Shown piece after piece: positions 38,301 through 54,035 of a DNA stretch of 64,000 nucleotides. The position numbers and the translations under genes were made by a program. Origin of the DNA: Macrostomum lignano (taxonomy: Eukaryota); contig NIVC01002876.1 of assembly GCA_002269645.1 (NCBI GenBank), positions 1-64,000 of the forward strand, in the 5' to 3' direction. The first letter of the stretch is position 1, and the number at the start of each line of letters is the position of its first letter. Below the pieces are notes generated by a model that made no database searches, was not told the DNA's origin, and was given only the letters and a program-made list of their open reading frames with translations.

Positions 38301-39507
38301 GGAACCGGAACACAGGTACTAGGGAACCGGAACACAGGTACTAGGGAACCGGAACACAGGTACTAGGGAACCGGAACACAGGTACTAGGGAACCGGAACA
38401 CAGCTACTAGGGAACCAGAACACAGCTACTAGGGAACCAGAACACAGCTACTAGGGAACCAGAACACAGGTACTAGGGAACCGGAACACAGGTACTTGGG
38501 AACCGGAAAACAGGTACTAGGGAACTGGAACACAGGTACTCCGAACGAAATTAAACAGAAACTACCAAAGATTATGCCAGTCTTTTGTCCCCAAGTTGAC
38601 CAGCCGCAAAAAGAAACCAACCAACTGCAACACAGGTTTTTTCTGGCTCCTCATCAGTCTAGTTTGCAGCCATCTGTGTAAACCAAAGAATTTGCTTTGC
38701 TTAAATCAGTTTAGCTTATATATTAAGCAAAGAACCATTTTGATTGACACAGCCATAACCAAACTGACTGATTGACTTCTATTAGCCCCAGTGACAGACA
38801 GGAAGGGTTCTGCAGGTCACAGCGGGTGACAGAGAGGGCAAAAAAGGTCGGAAGCTAAAATAAGGTTATTTTTGCAGCACAGTTTTCTCCCAGCGGCTTC
38901 CGTGCACTTTCATCTCCCCAGAAATAGCGGGTCTTTTGCCGCTGCGACTCGTTCGCTACCCCCTCAGCCGCAGTGCAAATAAATTGTCATCTGTCATCTC
39001 GTTTCTCATTTCTCATTCCCGATGCTTTGCTTTTTATTGAATTATTGAAATCCTTCCTTGAAGTGGAGTGCACGCAGCGGTGCACCACCCTTGTTATTCT
39101 TGGTGTTTTTGCCGACTGTCTGACTCTCCCGCTGCCTCTCCCTTCTCTCCCGCTGACTCCCTTCTCTCCCGCTGCCTCTTCCTTCTCTTCCGCTGCCTCT
39201 CCCTTCTCTCCTGCTGCCTCTCCCTTCTCTCCCGCTGCCTATCCCTTCTCTCCCGCTGCCTCTTCCTTCTCTTCCGCTGCCTCTCCCTTCTCTCCCGCTG
39301 TCTCTCCCTTCTCTCCAGCTGCCTCTCCCTTCTCTCTCGTCGCCTCTCTCATTTCCTATTGCCCTATTTCCCCCACCTATTACATCTATCCATCTATCCC
39401 ATGTCTCACCCGGCAGCATCCGCGTGTTGCCGCATGCAGGATCCGGGATCTCCGCAGCCCGTCGCCGACTCCTGTAGCCCCATCTGGCGAGTTTCGCTCA
39501 CAAGCAT
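29321..39507 (-). CDS. SCHIP1: Schwannomin-interacting protein 1 homolog (~561 aa)
   Basis: Exons 39507-39410, 37920-37548, 34734-34369, 33591-33481, 31721-31280, 29616-29321; phases 2,0,0,0,1 are consistent, total 1686 nt. Family motifs [85 protein letters not shown]. The true start may lie in a further upstream exon (acceptor at 39563). Confidence 0.88.
29628..31260 (+). repeat. 23-bp minisatellite (ggggtggccgatgggctcagtgt), ~70 units, filling the last SCHIP1 intron
   Basis: Spans from ~12 nt off the acceptor to ~19 nt off the donor. Confidence 0.97.
33665..34305 (+). repeat. 14-bp purine minisatellite (gagggagaggtagt)n
   Basis: Fills most of SCHIP1 intron 34368-33592. Confidence 0.97.
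35175..36413 (+). repeat. 21/26-bp compound minisatellite (cacatgagaagccgctacctg and variants)
   Basis: Direct reading; SCHIP1 intron. Confidence 0.96.
37075..37547 (-). repeat. 45/46-bp minisatellite whose units each contain the GTGAGA splice donor
   Basis: Minus-strand unit gggtgagactgcagctgcggatgatgaggctgttgttgctga; the first unit provides the real donor at 37547. Confidence 0.93.
37945..38540 (+). repeat. Two adjacent 22-bp arrays (atgtcagggctattggcagggg; ggaaccggaacacaggtactag)
   Basis: Direct reading; SCHIP1 intron. Confidence 0.93.
39115..39330 (+). repeat. 21-bp pyrimidine minisatellite (ctcccttctctcccgctgcct)
   Basis: Direct reading. Confidence 0.92.
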
Positions 39508-40737
39508 GTTGATGAAGTTGGCTGCAGATTTAGCAGCCGCACTGTCAGTCAGTCCCTGCAGGCTGCAGTGAAAGAAGAAATTTATACAAAATTTGTTGCA
39601 AGATTAAAGCAGAATATGTCTCTCCCGACTTGAACACAGTGAAGAATTCGCAAGCGCGGGTTTAAAGTGTCAGAAGATTTCAGTATTTGCAGTGCAGCAA
39701 TTCTAAGAAAGCTTCAGATGCCTTGCAACGGATAAGCTTGGAGAGAGGCTGTGCAGCTTTGTCGGCTCTGCCATTTGCCACTGGACAGACTAAAGGAAAA
39801 GGCACTTGAATACTTAGGGCGAGGGATCTAAATAGAAAATTTCCCAACAGAATTGCCGATTGCTTATCCCCATTCTGCCCTCTCGGCCAGCTAATTGGAT
39901 GGGGAGGGAGGCTGACCCGAGCTGAGTGCTGGCCGAAAAAAGGGATAGATAAAATATGCGCGCACAATAATCATGGGAGGCGGCCTTGCGGTTGTCTGCT
40001 TTTAGATATGAGAGCATGAGAGCTATCGGAGATGGAGCTCAGAATCTGCCCCAATCGGACTCATACACTGATAGCGATAGCATTATTCAGTCAGACTCGG
40101 ACTTGAGTGGAGTGGCTTCTTTATCAACTGGTCCTTGCTTCTTCTAGGAGCATTTTCTGTCTAGTCGGTGGCAGCCGGCCAGTCCAGACAGAACTCAATG
40201 AGATTCAGTCTGGGCCAGACGGGAGGCTGGAATTAAAGGACAAACTGGCTTGGGGAGCAGCCGGCCTACCCGGATGCAATTTATATAGGAGAAGAGAAAC
40301 TTTCCCCCTCAGTTTTTATCCTATTTCGACTTTAACTTGAGTTGACTTGAGTTGAGTTGAGTGGCCTCTCAAACGTCTCCTTTCTGTCCCAGTTCGAGGA
40401 AGGAGAGAGGGAGAGAAAGCAAAACGAATAAACGTTCTCAGTCTCTTCCAACAGCTCCAGTGCTGTAGCAAACGAGTTTCCAATTCTTTCTACTGTTAAA
40501 GCTTGAGCCAAGATGGGTTCGGAGCCCTCTGCTTGCAGAAGCAGACGCAGGCCAGAAACGTAAAGCATATAATTTTGCGTTGCTGGGCAGGAAATACCAA
40601 TCTCAAAGCCATCAGTATGGGGAGATTCTGGGGGATCAGGCAGGCACGCCTGGCTTATCAACCAGGGATTTTTGTCCCCCCCAAACCCTCACTGTCATGA
40701 ATAATTTTGCACAGCAGTTGCAGGTCCTGTTGGTCAT

Positions 40738-41192
40738 GCCCTGGGTCTGCTCTGGGTCTGCTCTGAGTTTGCTCTGGGTCTGCTCTGGGTCTGCTCTGGG
40801 TCTGCTCTGGGTCTGCTCTGAGTGTGCTCTGGGTCTGCTCTGGGTCTGCTCTGAGTGTGCTCTGGGTCTGGTCTGAGTGTGCTCTGGGTCTGCTCTGAGT
40901 GTGCTCTGGGTCTGCTCTGAGTGTGCTCTGGGTCTGCTCTGAGTGTGCTCTGGGTCTGCTCTGAGTGTGCTCTGGGTCTGCTCTGAGTGTGCTCTGGGTC
41001 TGCTCTGAGTGTGCTCTGGGTCTGCTCTGAGTGTGCTCTGGGTCTGCTCTGAGTGTGCTCTGGGTCTGCTCTGAGTGTGCTCTGGGTCTGCTCTGAGTGT
41101 GCTCTGGGTCTGCTCTGAGTGTGCTCTGGGTCTGCTCTGAGTGTGCTCTGGGTCTGCTCTGAGTGTGCTCTGGGTCTGCTCTAGGTCTGCTC
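40738..41192 (+). repeat. 22-bp minisatellite (gtctgctctgagtgtgctctgg), built from 11-bp subunits
   Basis: Direct reading. Confidence 0.95.
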
Positions 41193-41504
41193 TGGGTGTA
41201 GCCGGTTGTTCAGCTTGACCTCGAATCTGACCAAAAGGGTGGGGCTCCCGACTCGGAGCTGTGCAGTGCACCAAGCGAGAGAGGGAAGTGCGATCCTCTA
41301 CCGCCTGGAGGCGAGGGCGAAGCCGGAAGTAGCTGCTGTTTTAATCGCTGCCGGGAGGGGCATTGTGAAGGAACTTTTGCTCTTGCACAACAAAAACTAA
41401 AGGGTGAACATCCGGGGGGCATGAATTACTAAGTTGAGAGTGCTGGCTGGACTGATTATGATGCACCGGTTTTTATTGACAGCGATTAGTGTGACTGAAG
41501 GAAG

Positions 41505-41945
41505 AAGTAGCGGTGTCTGCTGAGTGACTGAGAGAAGGGGTAGCGGTGTCTTCTGGGTGACTGGGAGAAGGGGTAGAGGTGTCTGCTGAGTGACTAGGAG
41601 AAGGGGTAGCGGTGTCTGCTGAGTGACTGGGAGTAAGGGGTAGCGGTGTCTGCTGAGTGACTGGGAGAAGGGGTAGCGGTGTCTGCTGAGTGACTGGGAG
41701 TAAGGGGTAGCGGTGTCTGCTGAGTGACTGGGAGTAGGGGTAGCGGTGTCTGTTGAGTGACTGGGAGTAGGGTTAGCGGTGTCTGCTGAGTGACTGGGAG
41801 TAGGGTTAGCGGTGTCTGCTGAGTGACTGGGAGAAGGGTTAGCGGTGTCCGCTGGGTGACTAGGAGAAGGGGTAGCGGTGTCCGCTGGGTGACTAGGAGA
41901 AGGGGTAGCGGTGTCCGCTGGGTGACTTTGAGAAAGGGTAGCAGT
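41505..41945 (+). repeat. 33-bp minisatellite (gagaaggggtagcggtgtctgctgagtgactgg)
   Basis: Direct reading. Confidence 0.93.
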
Positions 41946-42694
41946 GTTTATTATTTCTCAGGACTTGTAAACTTGCAAAGGTAGAGAAAGTTTTGGTGTG
42001 AAACATCTCCCTTGTGCTTGGACTCTCCCCGCCTTGTACGCAGCTTCCTAAACCTCATCAGCCGTGACCAGGATTGAATTAGGAGGCTTTCATCGGACAG
42101 AAAGAGCGCTACTTCAAACAACTGGGTGACAGAAACACAGCAGTGTAATTCAATTCCGTACTGAGCCAGCGAAGAAGCCCTTCCGAGGTAAGTTATAGTT
42201 GAGAAGAAAAAAGTTGGGTGGGATGTCAAGGGACAGACCCTGAGACGGCGCAGTTTTGAAACCCGGAACTGCTCTCAAAGTGTTGCTGAGTGTCGTGCAC
42301 TACCGTACATTGTGCACTTTCACTGGATAGTTTCTCTCAATCCGATGTCTTTGACTTCTCTTACCCTGCTTATCTCTACTACCCCCCTCAAGCCGGTCGC
42401 TGATTGGCTGGCTGTTGAATGTACATTCGCCCAAGGACCATTGTATATAACACGGCATAAAAATTAAAGATCGTGTAAATCTTTAGGAGGTCGATTTCCT
42501 GGAAAAATACACTGAGTAGATAGGAATAATCACTTTTTCAATCACAAAATTAATGATTTTGTTTGATCTAGGCAGTGAAGTTACCGTATTTATATCTTAA
42601 TATAGCTGCTGGAGTGAAAGTTTCTTCTCATATTGTTTTCTTTTTATTTCATAAGCCTCAAGTTGCAAATACTCATCCTCGTTGTCTGCGAGGA

Positions 42695-43315
42695 GAGAGG
42701 TGGATGAGAAGAGAGGAAAAGAGAGGAGAAGAGAGGAGAAGAGAGGAGAGGAGAGCAGAGAGGAGAGGAGAGGAGAGGAGAGGAGAGGAGAGGAGAGGAG
42801 AGGAGAGGAGAGGAGAGGAGAGGAGAGGAGAGGAGAGGAGAGGAGAGGAGAGGAGAGCAGAGAGGAGAGGAGAGGAGAAGAGAGGAGAAAAGAGGAAAGG
42901 AGAGGAGAGGAGAGAAGAGAGGAGAGAGGAGAGGAGAGGAGAGGAGAGAAGAGAGGAGAGGAGAGCAGAGAGGAGAGGAGAGGAGAGGAGAGGAGAGGAG
43001 AGGAGAGGAGAGGAGAGCAGAGAGGAGAGGAGAGGAGAGGAGAGGAGAGGAGAGGAGAGGAGAGGAGAGGAGAGGAGAGGAGAGGAGAGGAGAGGAGAGG
43101 AGAGAGAAGAGGAGAGGAGAGGAGAGGAGAGGAGAGGAGAGGAGAGGAGAGGAGAGGAGAGCAGAGAGGAGAGGAGAGGAGAAGAGAGGAGAAAAGAGGA
43201 AAGGAGAGGAGAGGAGAGAAGAGAGGAGACGAGAGGAGAGGAGAGGAGAGAAGACGAGAGGAGAGGAGAGGAGAGCAGAGAGGAGATAAAGGAGAGGAAA
43301 GTAAGGGAGAGGAGA
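42695..43315 (+). repeat. (GAGAG)n pentamer microsatellite
   Basis: Direct reading. Confidence 0.97.
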
Positions 43316-43949
43316 GTACTGTGAAATCCTGACACGGATCAAATAAGCCATGCTCGCACAGCAACAGTTAGGGAGCAAACAAAAGCCTAAAGCTTACCTG
43401 TTAGACCGCACGCTAGCTGGTGAGTGCAGATTCTAATGAAGTTGGCGGAAAGCTTGGCACCAGGAAGAGCTAATATAAAATTAGCTAGAACAGGGCTTTT
43501 GCCAGTAACGGTTTTGCTGATTCAGACAAACTCTCTGCGCAGTTATAATAGCGCCTTTTCCTGTGCAGAAAGCGGCGCTACTACATGTGGCTACAAATAA
43601 AATTTGCAGGAGCAAATCTGGGTCAAGCGAAGCCTGCGAGCCGAATAAGACCCCGGACTGCCCCGTGGAAAGAGGCGAGGCAGAGAAGATCGAGAGTCAG
43701 CCAGTGGCGAACGGATGCGTGGGCAAGGGGGAGGATTGGAGAAGTCTTATTTGGGGAGTTTGGGTGGTAAGAGAGGGATGCCTGCTATAGGGGGGGGGGG
43801 GGTGGGGGGCTCCCCCACACAGAGCTAAATTTAGAAGTTGGCGTCACAGAATTTTTTGGCTCGATTCCAATTGGCTTGAATGGCCTTGATGGCGGAAATA
43901 TTGAAGCCGGAGCTTTGGAGAGGGTAACAGTAGGGTAGGGTAGAGGGTA

Positions 43950-44516
43950 TGAAGGATCAGAGAGGATAGCGGTGCCCGCAGAAGGATCAGAGAGGATAGC
44001 GGTGCCCACAGAAGGATCAGAGAGGGTAGCGGTGCTCACAGAAGGATCAGAAAGGGTAGTGGTGTCCGCAGAAGGATCAGAAAGGGTAGTGGTGTCCGCA
44101 GAAGGATCAGAGAGGGTAGCGGTGCTCACAGAAGGATCAGAAAGGGTAGTGGTGTCCGCAGAAGGATCAGAGAGGATAGCGGTGCCCGCAGAAGGATCAG
44201 AGAGGATAGCGGTGCCCACAGAAGGATCAGAGAGGGTAGCGGTGCTCACAGAAGGATCAGAAAGGGTAGTGGTGTCCGCAGAAGGATCAGAAAGGGTAGT
44301 GGTGTCCGCAGAAGGATCAGAGAGGGTAGCGGTGCCCGCAGAAGGACCAGAGAGGATAGCGGTGCCCACAGAAGGATCAGAAAGGGTAGTGGTGTCCGCA
44401 GAAGGATCAGAAAGGGTAGCGGTGTCCGCAGAAGGACCAGAGAGGATAGCGGTGCCCACAGAAGGATCAGAGAGGGTAGCGGTGCCCACAGAAGGATCAG
44501 AGAGGGTAGCGGTGCC
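43950..44516 (+). repeat. 30-bp minisatellite (gaaggatcagagagggtagcggtgcccgca), ~19 units
   Basis: Direct reading. Confidence 0.96.
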
Positions 44517-45540
44517 ATTAGAAAGACCCCCCCTCCCCAGTAAATAGGCAGACCAATCAAACTAGTGGTTAGTCATGGTCTCGCTCTCCCAGATGAAACG
44601 GCAGAATTCTAGTCGACTATCGATTAGTCAGTCAGTCAGTTGGTCCAGTTGGACAAGTCGCCTCGGCCATTAGCAAAAGTGCATACAGCAGAATATATAC
44701 GCTCGTACGAATCCTATCATCCGAGACGATGATGGCTTAGAGAAAGACAGTCTTCTTAAAGTGCATCCAGACTCTTTTATACGGCCAGTCTGGAGAGCGG
44801 AAGGCTAAGGAAAGTTGAACAATCCTACGCAATAGATAACAGCAATTGGTTCTCATATTCCCAACTGCACTCTTAAGTACAGACTTAAGTACAGTAGAAT
44901 TTGTAAAGTACATCTAGAACTTGTGAAATCTTACAAGAGATGAGTGTTTTTGCCCTGAGATAAAGAGAGGGGAGAGCGGTATTATCATGATGGCGTTGAT
45001 GCAGTTTTATGGCCCATTGCCAAATATGGAAATGTATGTACAAAAGGAAGACCAATTCGATGATGCAGACTCATAAACGGCTGTCATTTCAATCTCACAG
45101 ATTTCTCATAGCAATTTCCCAACCATGGACTGGGGCGCTACACTTGCAAGTCTGATTTGCTAATGCCAATTTGTCGGCATGTTCTCGTGAATAAAGAATT
45201 ATGATAATGAAACCTGACCAAAGCCAACTAAGCAACAGCTGGCAAGAGAAAAGGCAACACAACACAGTAGAAATAATTCGTCAATATTGCTTCACAGGAG
45301 CAGCACAGAGCAGTGGCTTGCTGATCATATTTTTGTAGTGTTATTTATTTTGTCAACAGGTTTCAATTAATAAGTTACAAAAAATTTGCGCCAACTTGGG
45401 GGCATGCTGCACTCGGGATCAGAACAGGATTATTGAGCATTCGAGTGTGCTCAAGCAACAGTTAGAGCTAATAGTACATTATTAAATATTTAGATTATTA
45501 GAATGGCGAAGGCCAGTATGATGGTACGGAAACTACTCGT

Positions 45541-45790
45541 ATCAGTCAGATCCCAGTTCCGAGTCCCGCTAGCCAGTCAGATCCCAGTTCCGAGTCCCGC
45601 TAGCCAGTCAGATCCTAGTTCCGAGTCCCGGTCCCGCTAACCAGTCAGATCCCAGTTCCGAGTCCCGCTAGCCAGTCAGATCCCAGTTCCGAGTCCCGCT
45701 AGCCAGTCAGATCCCAGTTCCGAGTCCCGCTAGCCAGTCAGATCCCAGTTCCGAGTCCCGCTAGCCAGTCAGATCCCAGTTCCGAGTCTC
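45541..45790 (+). repeat. 31-bp minisatellite (agtcagatcccagttccgagtcccgctagcc), ~8 units, directly after the THOP1 stop
   Basis: Direct reading. Confidence 0.94.
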
Positions 45791-45810
45791 GCTACCTCGC
45801 CAGCCGCTTT

Positions 45811-49755
<3,945 letters not shown>

Positions 49756-50159
49756 GGTAACCACTAGCAGTTTTAGCTTAGGCTGGACGGAGACGGACAG
49801 TCGGCAGTAGCGAGCAGAGCGGAACGCTAGGCGAGAGGAGATTGAAGCGAGCTGCGGGGAGGGCGGAAGATTGGGGGTGGGGCGTTGTTAGGGAATTTCA
49901 CCTAGCTCATAAATCATAGCGAAATCATAAATCATCGACTATTCTGTTCTATCTAGCCGTGTTGAAATGCTTTAGCACTAGACTGATTGATCAACTACAT
50001 GCATAGGCAGGCGGCGAAGCAGACGCTGCTGTCTATGTACAAAATTGAGCGCAGCACTGGTTGACCAGCTTACTAAATAAGGATTTATTTTGTGGGAAGC
50101 TACGTTGTGGGAAAATATGTTAGTCAATGCTGATTATTGGTTTACCACGATTGACTGCG

Positions 50160-50360
50160 GAACTTAACCCTTACTATAGACCAAGACCTAAGCTAAACTC
50201 TAATCTAAACTCAAAACTGAACTAAACCTAAAAAACTAACTTAAAATGTAACCCTAACCTAAAACTAACCTTAACCTAACCCTGACCTAAACCGAATCCT
50301 ACCCTAAACCTAACCCTAACCTAAAACCTGATCTTAACCTAAACTCTATCCTAAACCATA
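50160..50360 (+). repeat. Degenerate telomere-like (aaccct/aaccta)n tract
   Basis: cctaaccctaacc-type hexamers between SPRTN and THOP1. Confidence 0.7.
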
Positions 50361-51060
50361 GTTACGCTCATATTAAACCCTTAGGCAGCCAAATTGCTGG
50401 CAGTCAGTTGCCATGCCCCCAATAAAACTATGTAGTACTAAAGAGAGCAAGCAGTTTGTCGGAACCCCTGGTTTCAGTCCATTAGCTTTCAAAGCTGACA
50501 TCTTAAAGGGGTTTTTCAAACAAAGCGTTTAACTTCATCAATAAGCTGTGTATGTAAGCAGAGACAAAACTCGGAGAAGTTGACGTCATTGACAAATGGC
50601 TTTCTGGCTTTTAGCTAATATTTACTTTTTTTATATTGACAATTCCAGTTGGATAATGATCTGTTCTTTCGAATCCGTATAGTACTAATACTCTTCCGAA
50701 TGCAGTGCTCATTTAACACCTTTTCCAAATAGATCTGAAAGCTTTGAAACCGGAAAATAAGAGAAAAACCAAAGCAACACAAGTTGTTAAATAAAGACTA
50801 AATTAAAGCCGGCCCTCTCAAGATATCGCGAAGCTGATAGGGCCAGTTTCGTGTGTTGGTATTGTATTTATAATTGATTGAAAATGCAAAATAGTTTTGA
50901 GTTCAGTAGCAATTAAAATGCGACAATGATAAGACTCGGTTTATAATAATCATACTAAATCAGGGGAAAGAGGAGAGACCATCACACACATGCAATCGGA
51001 TAGAAATGCAGCACACCAATTCAGGTCACTTATACCGCAACTTGAGGGGGCCGAGGTAGA

Positions 51061-52503
51061 TCAGCTACTCAGGCACAAATCCAAGTGAACATTGATGTCG
51101 GACTCTGGCATTTGCCTGCTGCAAACTGGACAGCTGACCAGCTGCTGGCTGACTGCTCCTATGCTGGCGGCGCCACCGACGCCATTAAGAGTGCCACTGA
51201 CGCCATTAGGAGCGCCACCGACGCCCTTAGGACCGCCATCGACGCCATTAGGAGCGCCACCGAGGCCATTAGAAGCGCCACCGATGCCCTTAAGAGCGCC
51301 ATCGACGCCATTAGGAGCGCCACCGATGCCATTAGGAGCGCCACCGACGCCCTTAAGAGCGCCACCGACGCGACTAAGAGCGCCACCGACGCCATTACCA
51401 GGGCCACCGACGTTGTTATAGCTAGAGCTGCCACCGCTGCCGCCAAGTCGAATGCCGACACCAGGAAACGCGGCATCGGCGGTGCCGACGGCAGCAGACA
51501 CGGCGGCGCTAACAGAGTCGGCAGAAGCGACGCAAACGGCGCCATCTGATTCAGCAATAGCAGGTCGCCAAGATTTCGACTCCACAGAACCTACAGAAGG
51601 ATCTGGGCCGCTGCTAGCAGGCGAGGCGGGAATGAACTGCCGTATGTCCGTCTGTCCAGCAGCCGGCCGCTTCGCTGGCCGCTCCCGTTGCTCATCTTTG
51701 CCGCCGTCGGCAGCCCGACTATTCTTCTTAGCCAACGGCTTCTTCTTATCGGCGAATCCTTCGGGCTCCTTGACTTTGACGAATCGGCCGCCGCAGTCGG
51801 CCTGATGACTGCGCCACCAGGTGTCGTTAGGCCCGGGCGCCCGGTTCATGGACCGGCGCACCCAGCCGTGGAATGGCGGCCGGTTCCGGCAGGGCCCCTC
51901 GCAGCGCCACCAGTGCTGCTTGTAGACGGCGACCTCGTCGTGAAAGCTGTGATAGACGGTGATGTTGGTGCCGGCAGCCGAGTTGATGCGGCGCATGTGC
52001 GCCAGAAACTGCGGCCCGTGCCCGTCACGGTCGCGATTATTGGCGGTGACAAACAGGTGCGCGTGAATCATCTCGTGCAGCAGGGTTTCGACTAAGTCGC
52101 GTCTGGGCCGCAGTTTGAGCAGCGGCTCGCTCAGTTTAATGCAGCAGAGGCCGCCGCGGCCCTCGTAGCAGCACAGGCCGGCGCACAGGGTCATGCGGGG
52201 GCTCCACTTCACCTCAACTGCGACCAGGCTGCCGCCGAAGTAGCGCCCGTTGAAGTCCAGAAACAGGGCGTGCACATTGGGCGTGGGGTCCACCAGCTCC
52301 CAGTTGGGGTCCACTAGCGAGCCGCCCAACTCGTTGCTATTGGCAACGGCTGCCTTGCCTCTCTGCTTCGAGTCATCCTCCTCCTGCTCCTGGGAGGCCA
52401 GGCGCAGGCACAGCTCTCGGTCGGCCGCCTCCGACTGCTGCTCCTCCTGGCGGTCAAGCAGCTCGGCTTCCAGCTGCCACTGAAGCGCCTCTTCTGGGCT
52501 CCA
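51061..52503 (-). CDS. SPRTN: SprT-like (Spartan/DVC1) DNA-dependent metalloprotease; exon lacks its own ATG
   Basis: 1443-nt open exon after acceptor ctcttcag. SLVDPNWELVDPTP, VKWSPRMTLCAGLC, LHEMIHA (HExxH), PIP-like QTDIRQF, SHP-like FPGVGIRLGG, UBZ CPVC..INVHLDLC. Confidence 0.93.
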   Translation of the reverse strand, partial: WSPEEALQWQLEAELLDRQEEQQSEAADRELCLRLASQEQEEDDSKQRGKAAVANSNELGGSLVDPNWELVDPTPNVHALFLDFNGRYFGGSLVAVEVKWSPRMTLCAGLCCYEGRGGLCCIKLSEPLLKLRPRRDLVETLLHEMIHAHLFVTANNRDRDGHGPQFLAHMRRINSAAGTNITVYHSFHDEVAVYKQHWWRCEGPCRNRPPFHGWVRRSMNRAPGPNDTWWRSHQADCGGRFVKVKEPEGFADKKKPLAKKNSRAADGGKDEQRERPAKRPAAGQTDIRQFIPASPASSGPDPSVGSVESKSWRPAIAESDGAVCVASADSVSAAVSAAVGTADAAFPGVGIRLGGSGGSSSYNNVGGPGNGVGGALSRVGGALKGVGGAPNGIGGAPNGVDGALKGIGGASNGLGGAPNGVDGGPKGVGGAPNGVSGTLNGVGGAASIGAVSQQLVSCPVCSRQMPESDINVHLDLCLSS

Positions 52504-52539
52504 CTGAAGAGATTGGAGAGAGATCTGGTTATGCGAAAC

Positions 52540-52795
52540 TGATAGTATGTAACTATGCTAGTATGTACCTATGATAGTATGTAACTATGCTAGTATGTAC
52601 CTATGATAGTATGTAACTATGCTAGTATGTACCTATGATAGTATGTAACTATGCTAGTATGTACCTATGATAGTATGTAACTATGCTAGTATGTACCTAT
52701 GCTAGTATGTAACTATGATAGTATGTACCTATGCTAGTATGTAACTATGATAGTATGTAACTATGCTAGTATGTAACTATGCTAGTATGTAAGTA
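52540..52795 (+). repeat. 16-bp minisatellite (tagtatgtaactatg[ac])
   Basis: Immediately upstream of the SPRTN acceptor. Confidence 0.95.
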
Positions 52796-52874
52796 TGCAA
52801 TACCGCAATAGACTAATAATAATTGATTACGCTTGCCCTAAAGGCCAGATGTGCAACCGACAGCTCAGTCGCAG

Positions 52875-53112
52875 CTATCGCGCGGCGCATCTGAAGGCTG
52901 CGTACGGCTGTTCAGTCCAAGGACTGGGGGGTCGCCACACACACCCTCAATTACCCCAGCCAATGCTGGCACCCATTTTACAGCTGTGTGAACAGAAGCA
53001 ATGCAGAGTTAAGTGTCTTGCTCAAGGATACAAACTGTTCCAGTGGGATCAGGAATCGAACCCCCACCTTCAAGTCGTGAGTCCGACGCTCTGACCACTA
53101 GGCTACAACCCC
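52875..53112 (-). mobile_element. tRNA-derived SINE family B (CORE-like domain)
   Basis: Head ggggttgtagcctagtggtcagagcg..ggttcgattcc (A and B boxes), then ccttgagcaagacacttaac..cagctgtaaaatggg resembling the CORE domain; second copy at 62060-62250. Confidence 0.85.
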
Positions 53113-53509
53113 TAGTTGCATGACTGCGATAGACTGCAATAGACTGCAATGCTGCAATATATCATTGCATCCAATACACCCTCATTAACTACCTCGATCA
53201 GCCTTTATTAACTTGTAACTTACGAATAAAAAATAAATATTGATAACAATAACAATCGAGCTGCATACAGCATCTTGCGCTGAAATGCGGAAGACAAATG
53301 GCTATTTATATAATTTTTTAAACAGAACTAGCAGACACACTAAACTGGCGTACGCAAAAAATGCACAGATACAAATTGAAGCCAAAGAAGCTTAGATAAG
53401 ATACAAAACTATCGAAAAAGATTCCGGCTGATCCTCCCAGATGGAGCCGCAGTCTAGCTCGATTGCTATCGTAAAATGAGTATGCTTTTTAAACTTCACG
53501 ATATCTTCT

Positions 53510-53900
53510 CAACATTGGGGTGGGGGCTGGCGAGGGAAGGAAATGCAGCTGCGTACATTGGGGTGGGGTCGGTGAGGGAAGGAAATGCGGCTGCGTACAT
53601 TGGGGTGGGGGCTGGTGAGGGAAGGAAATGCGGCTGCGTACATTGGGGTGGGGGCTGGTGAGGGAAGGAAATGCGGCTGCGTACATTGGGGTGGGGGCTG
53701 GTGAGGGAAGGAATGCGGCTGCGTACATTAGGGTGGGGGCTGGTGAGGGAAGGAATGCAGCTGCGTACATTAGGGTGGGGGCTGGTGAGGGAAGGAAATG
53801 CGGCTGCATACATTAGGGTGGGGGCTGGTGAGGGAAGGAAATGCGGCTGCGTACATTAGGGTGGGGGCTGGTGAGAGAAGGAAATGCGGCTGCATATATT
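53510..53900 (+). repeat. 43-bp G-rich minisatellite (gggaaggaaatgcggctgcgtacattggggtgggggctggtga)
   Basis: Downstream of the YARS2 stop. Confidence 0.95.
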
Positions 53901-54035
53901 GGGATGTTGGCTGTAACAAAATGAGTGTTATGAGCTGAAGTTATAGGATTTACATACTATCTAAAACTAAAAATAGATCAGCCAGTCATTAGCAATTTTC
54001 CGGAATTCGCTTGATTATTAAAAGCTGTCCCGTAG

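Noticed and set aside
40000-40700. Additional SCHIP1 coding exons or a separate gene (ORFs 40107-40340, 40332-40661)
   Set aside because: No recognisable motifs, frequent stops, and no phase-compatible splice pair identified.
50160-50360. Telomere or chromosome-fusion site
   Set aside because: The tract is short and degenerate, sits between genes, and has no head-to-head orientation switch.
51085-51557. Alternative-frame and antisense repetitive ORFs (ATDAIRS repeats; ASVALL repeats)
   Set aside because: Shadows of the 21-bp coding repeat in SPRTN.
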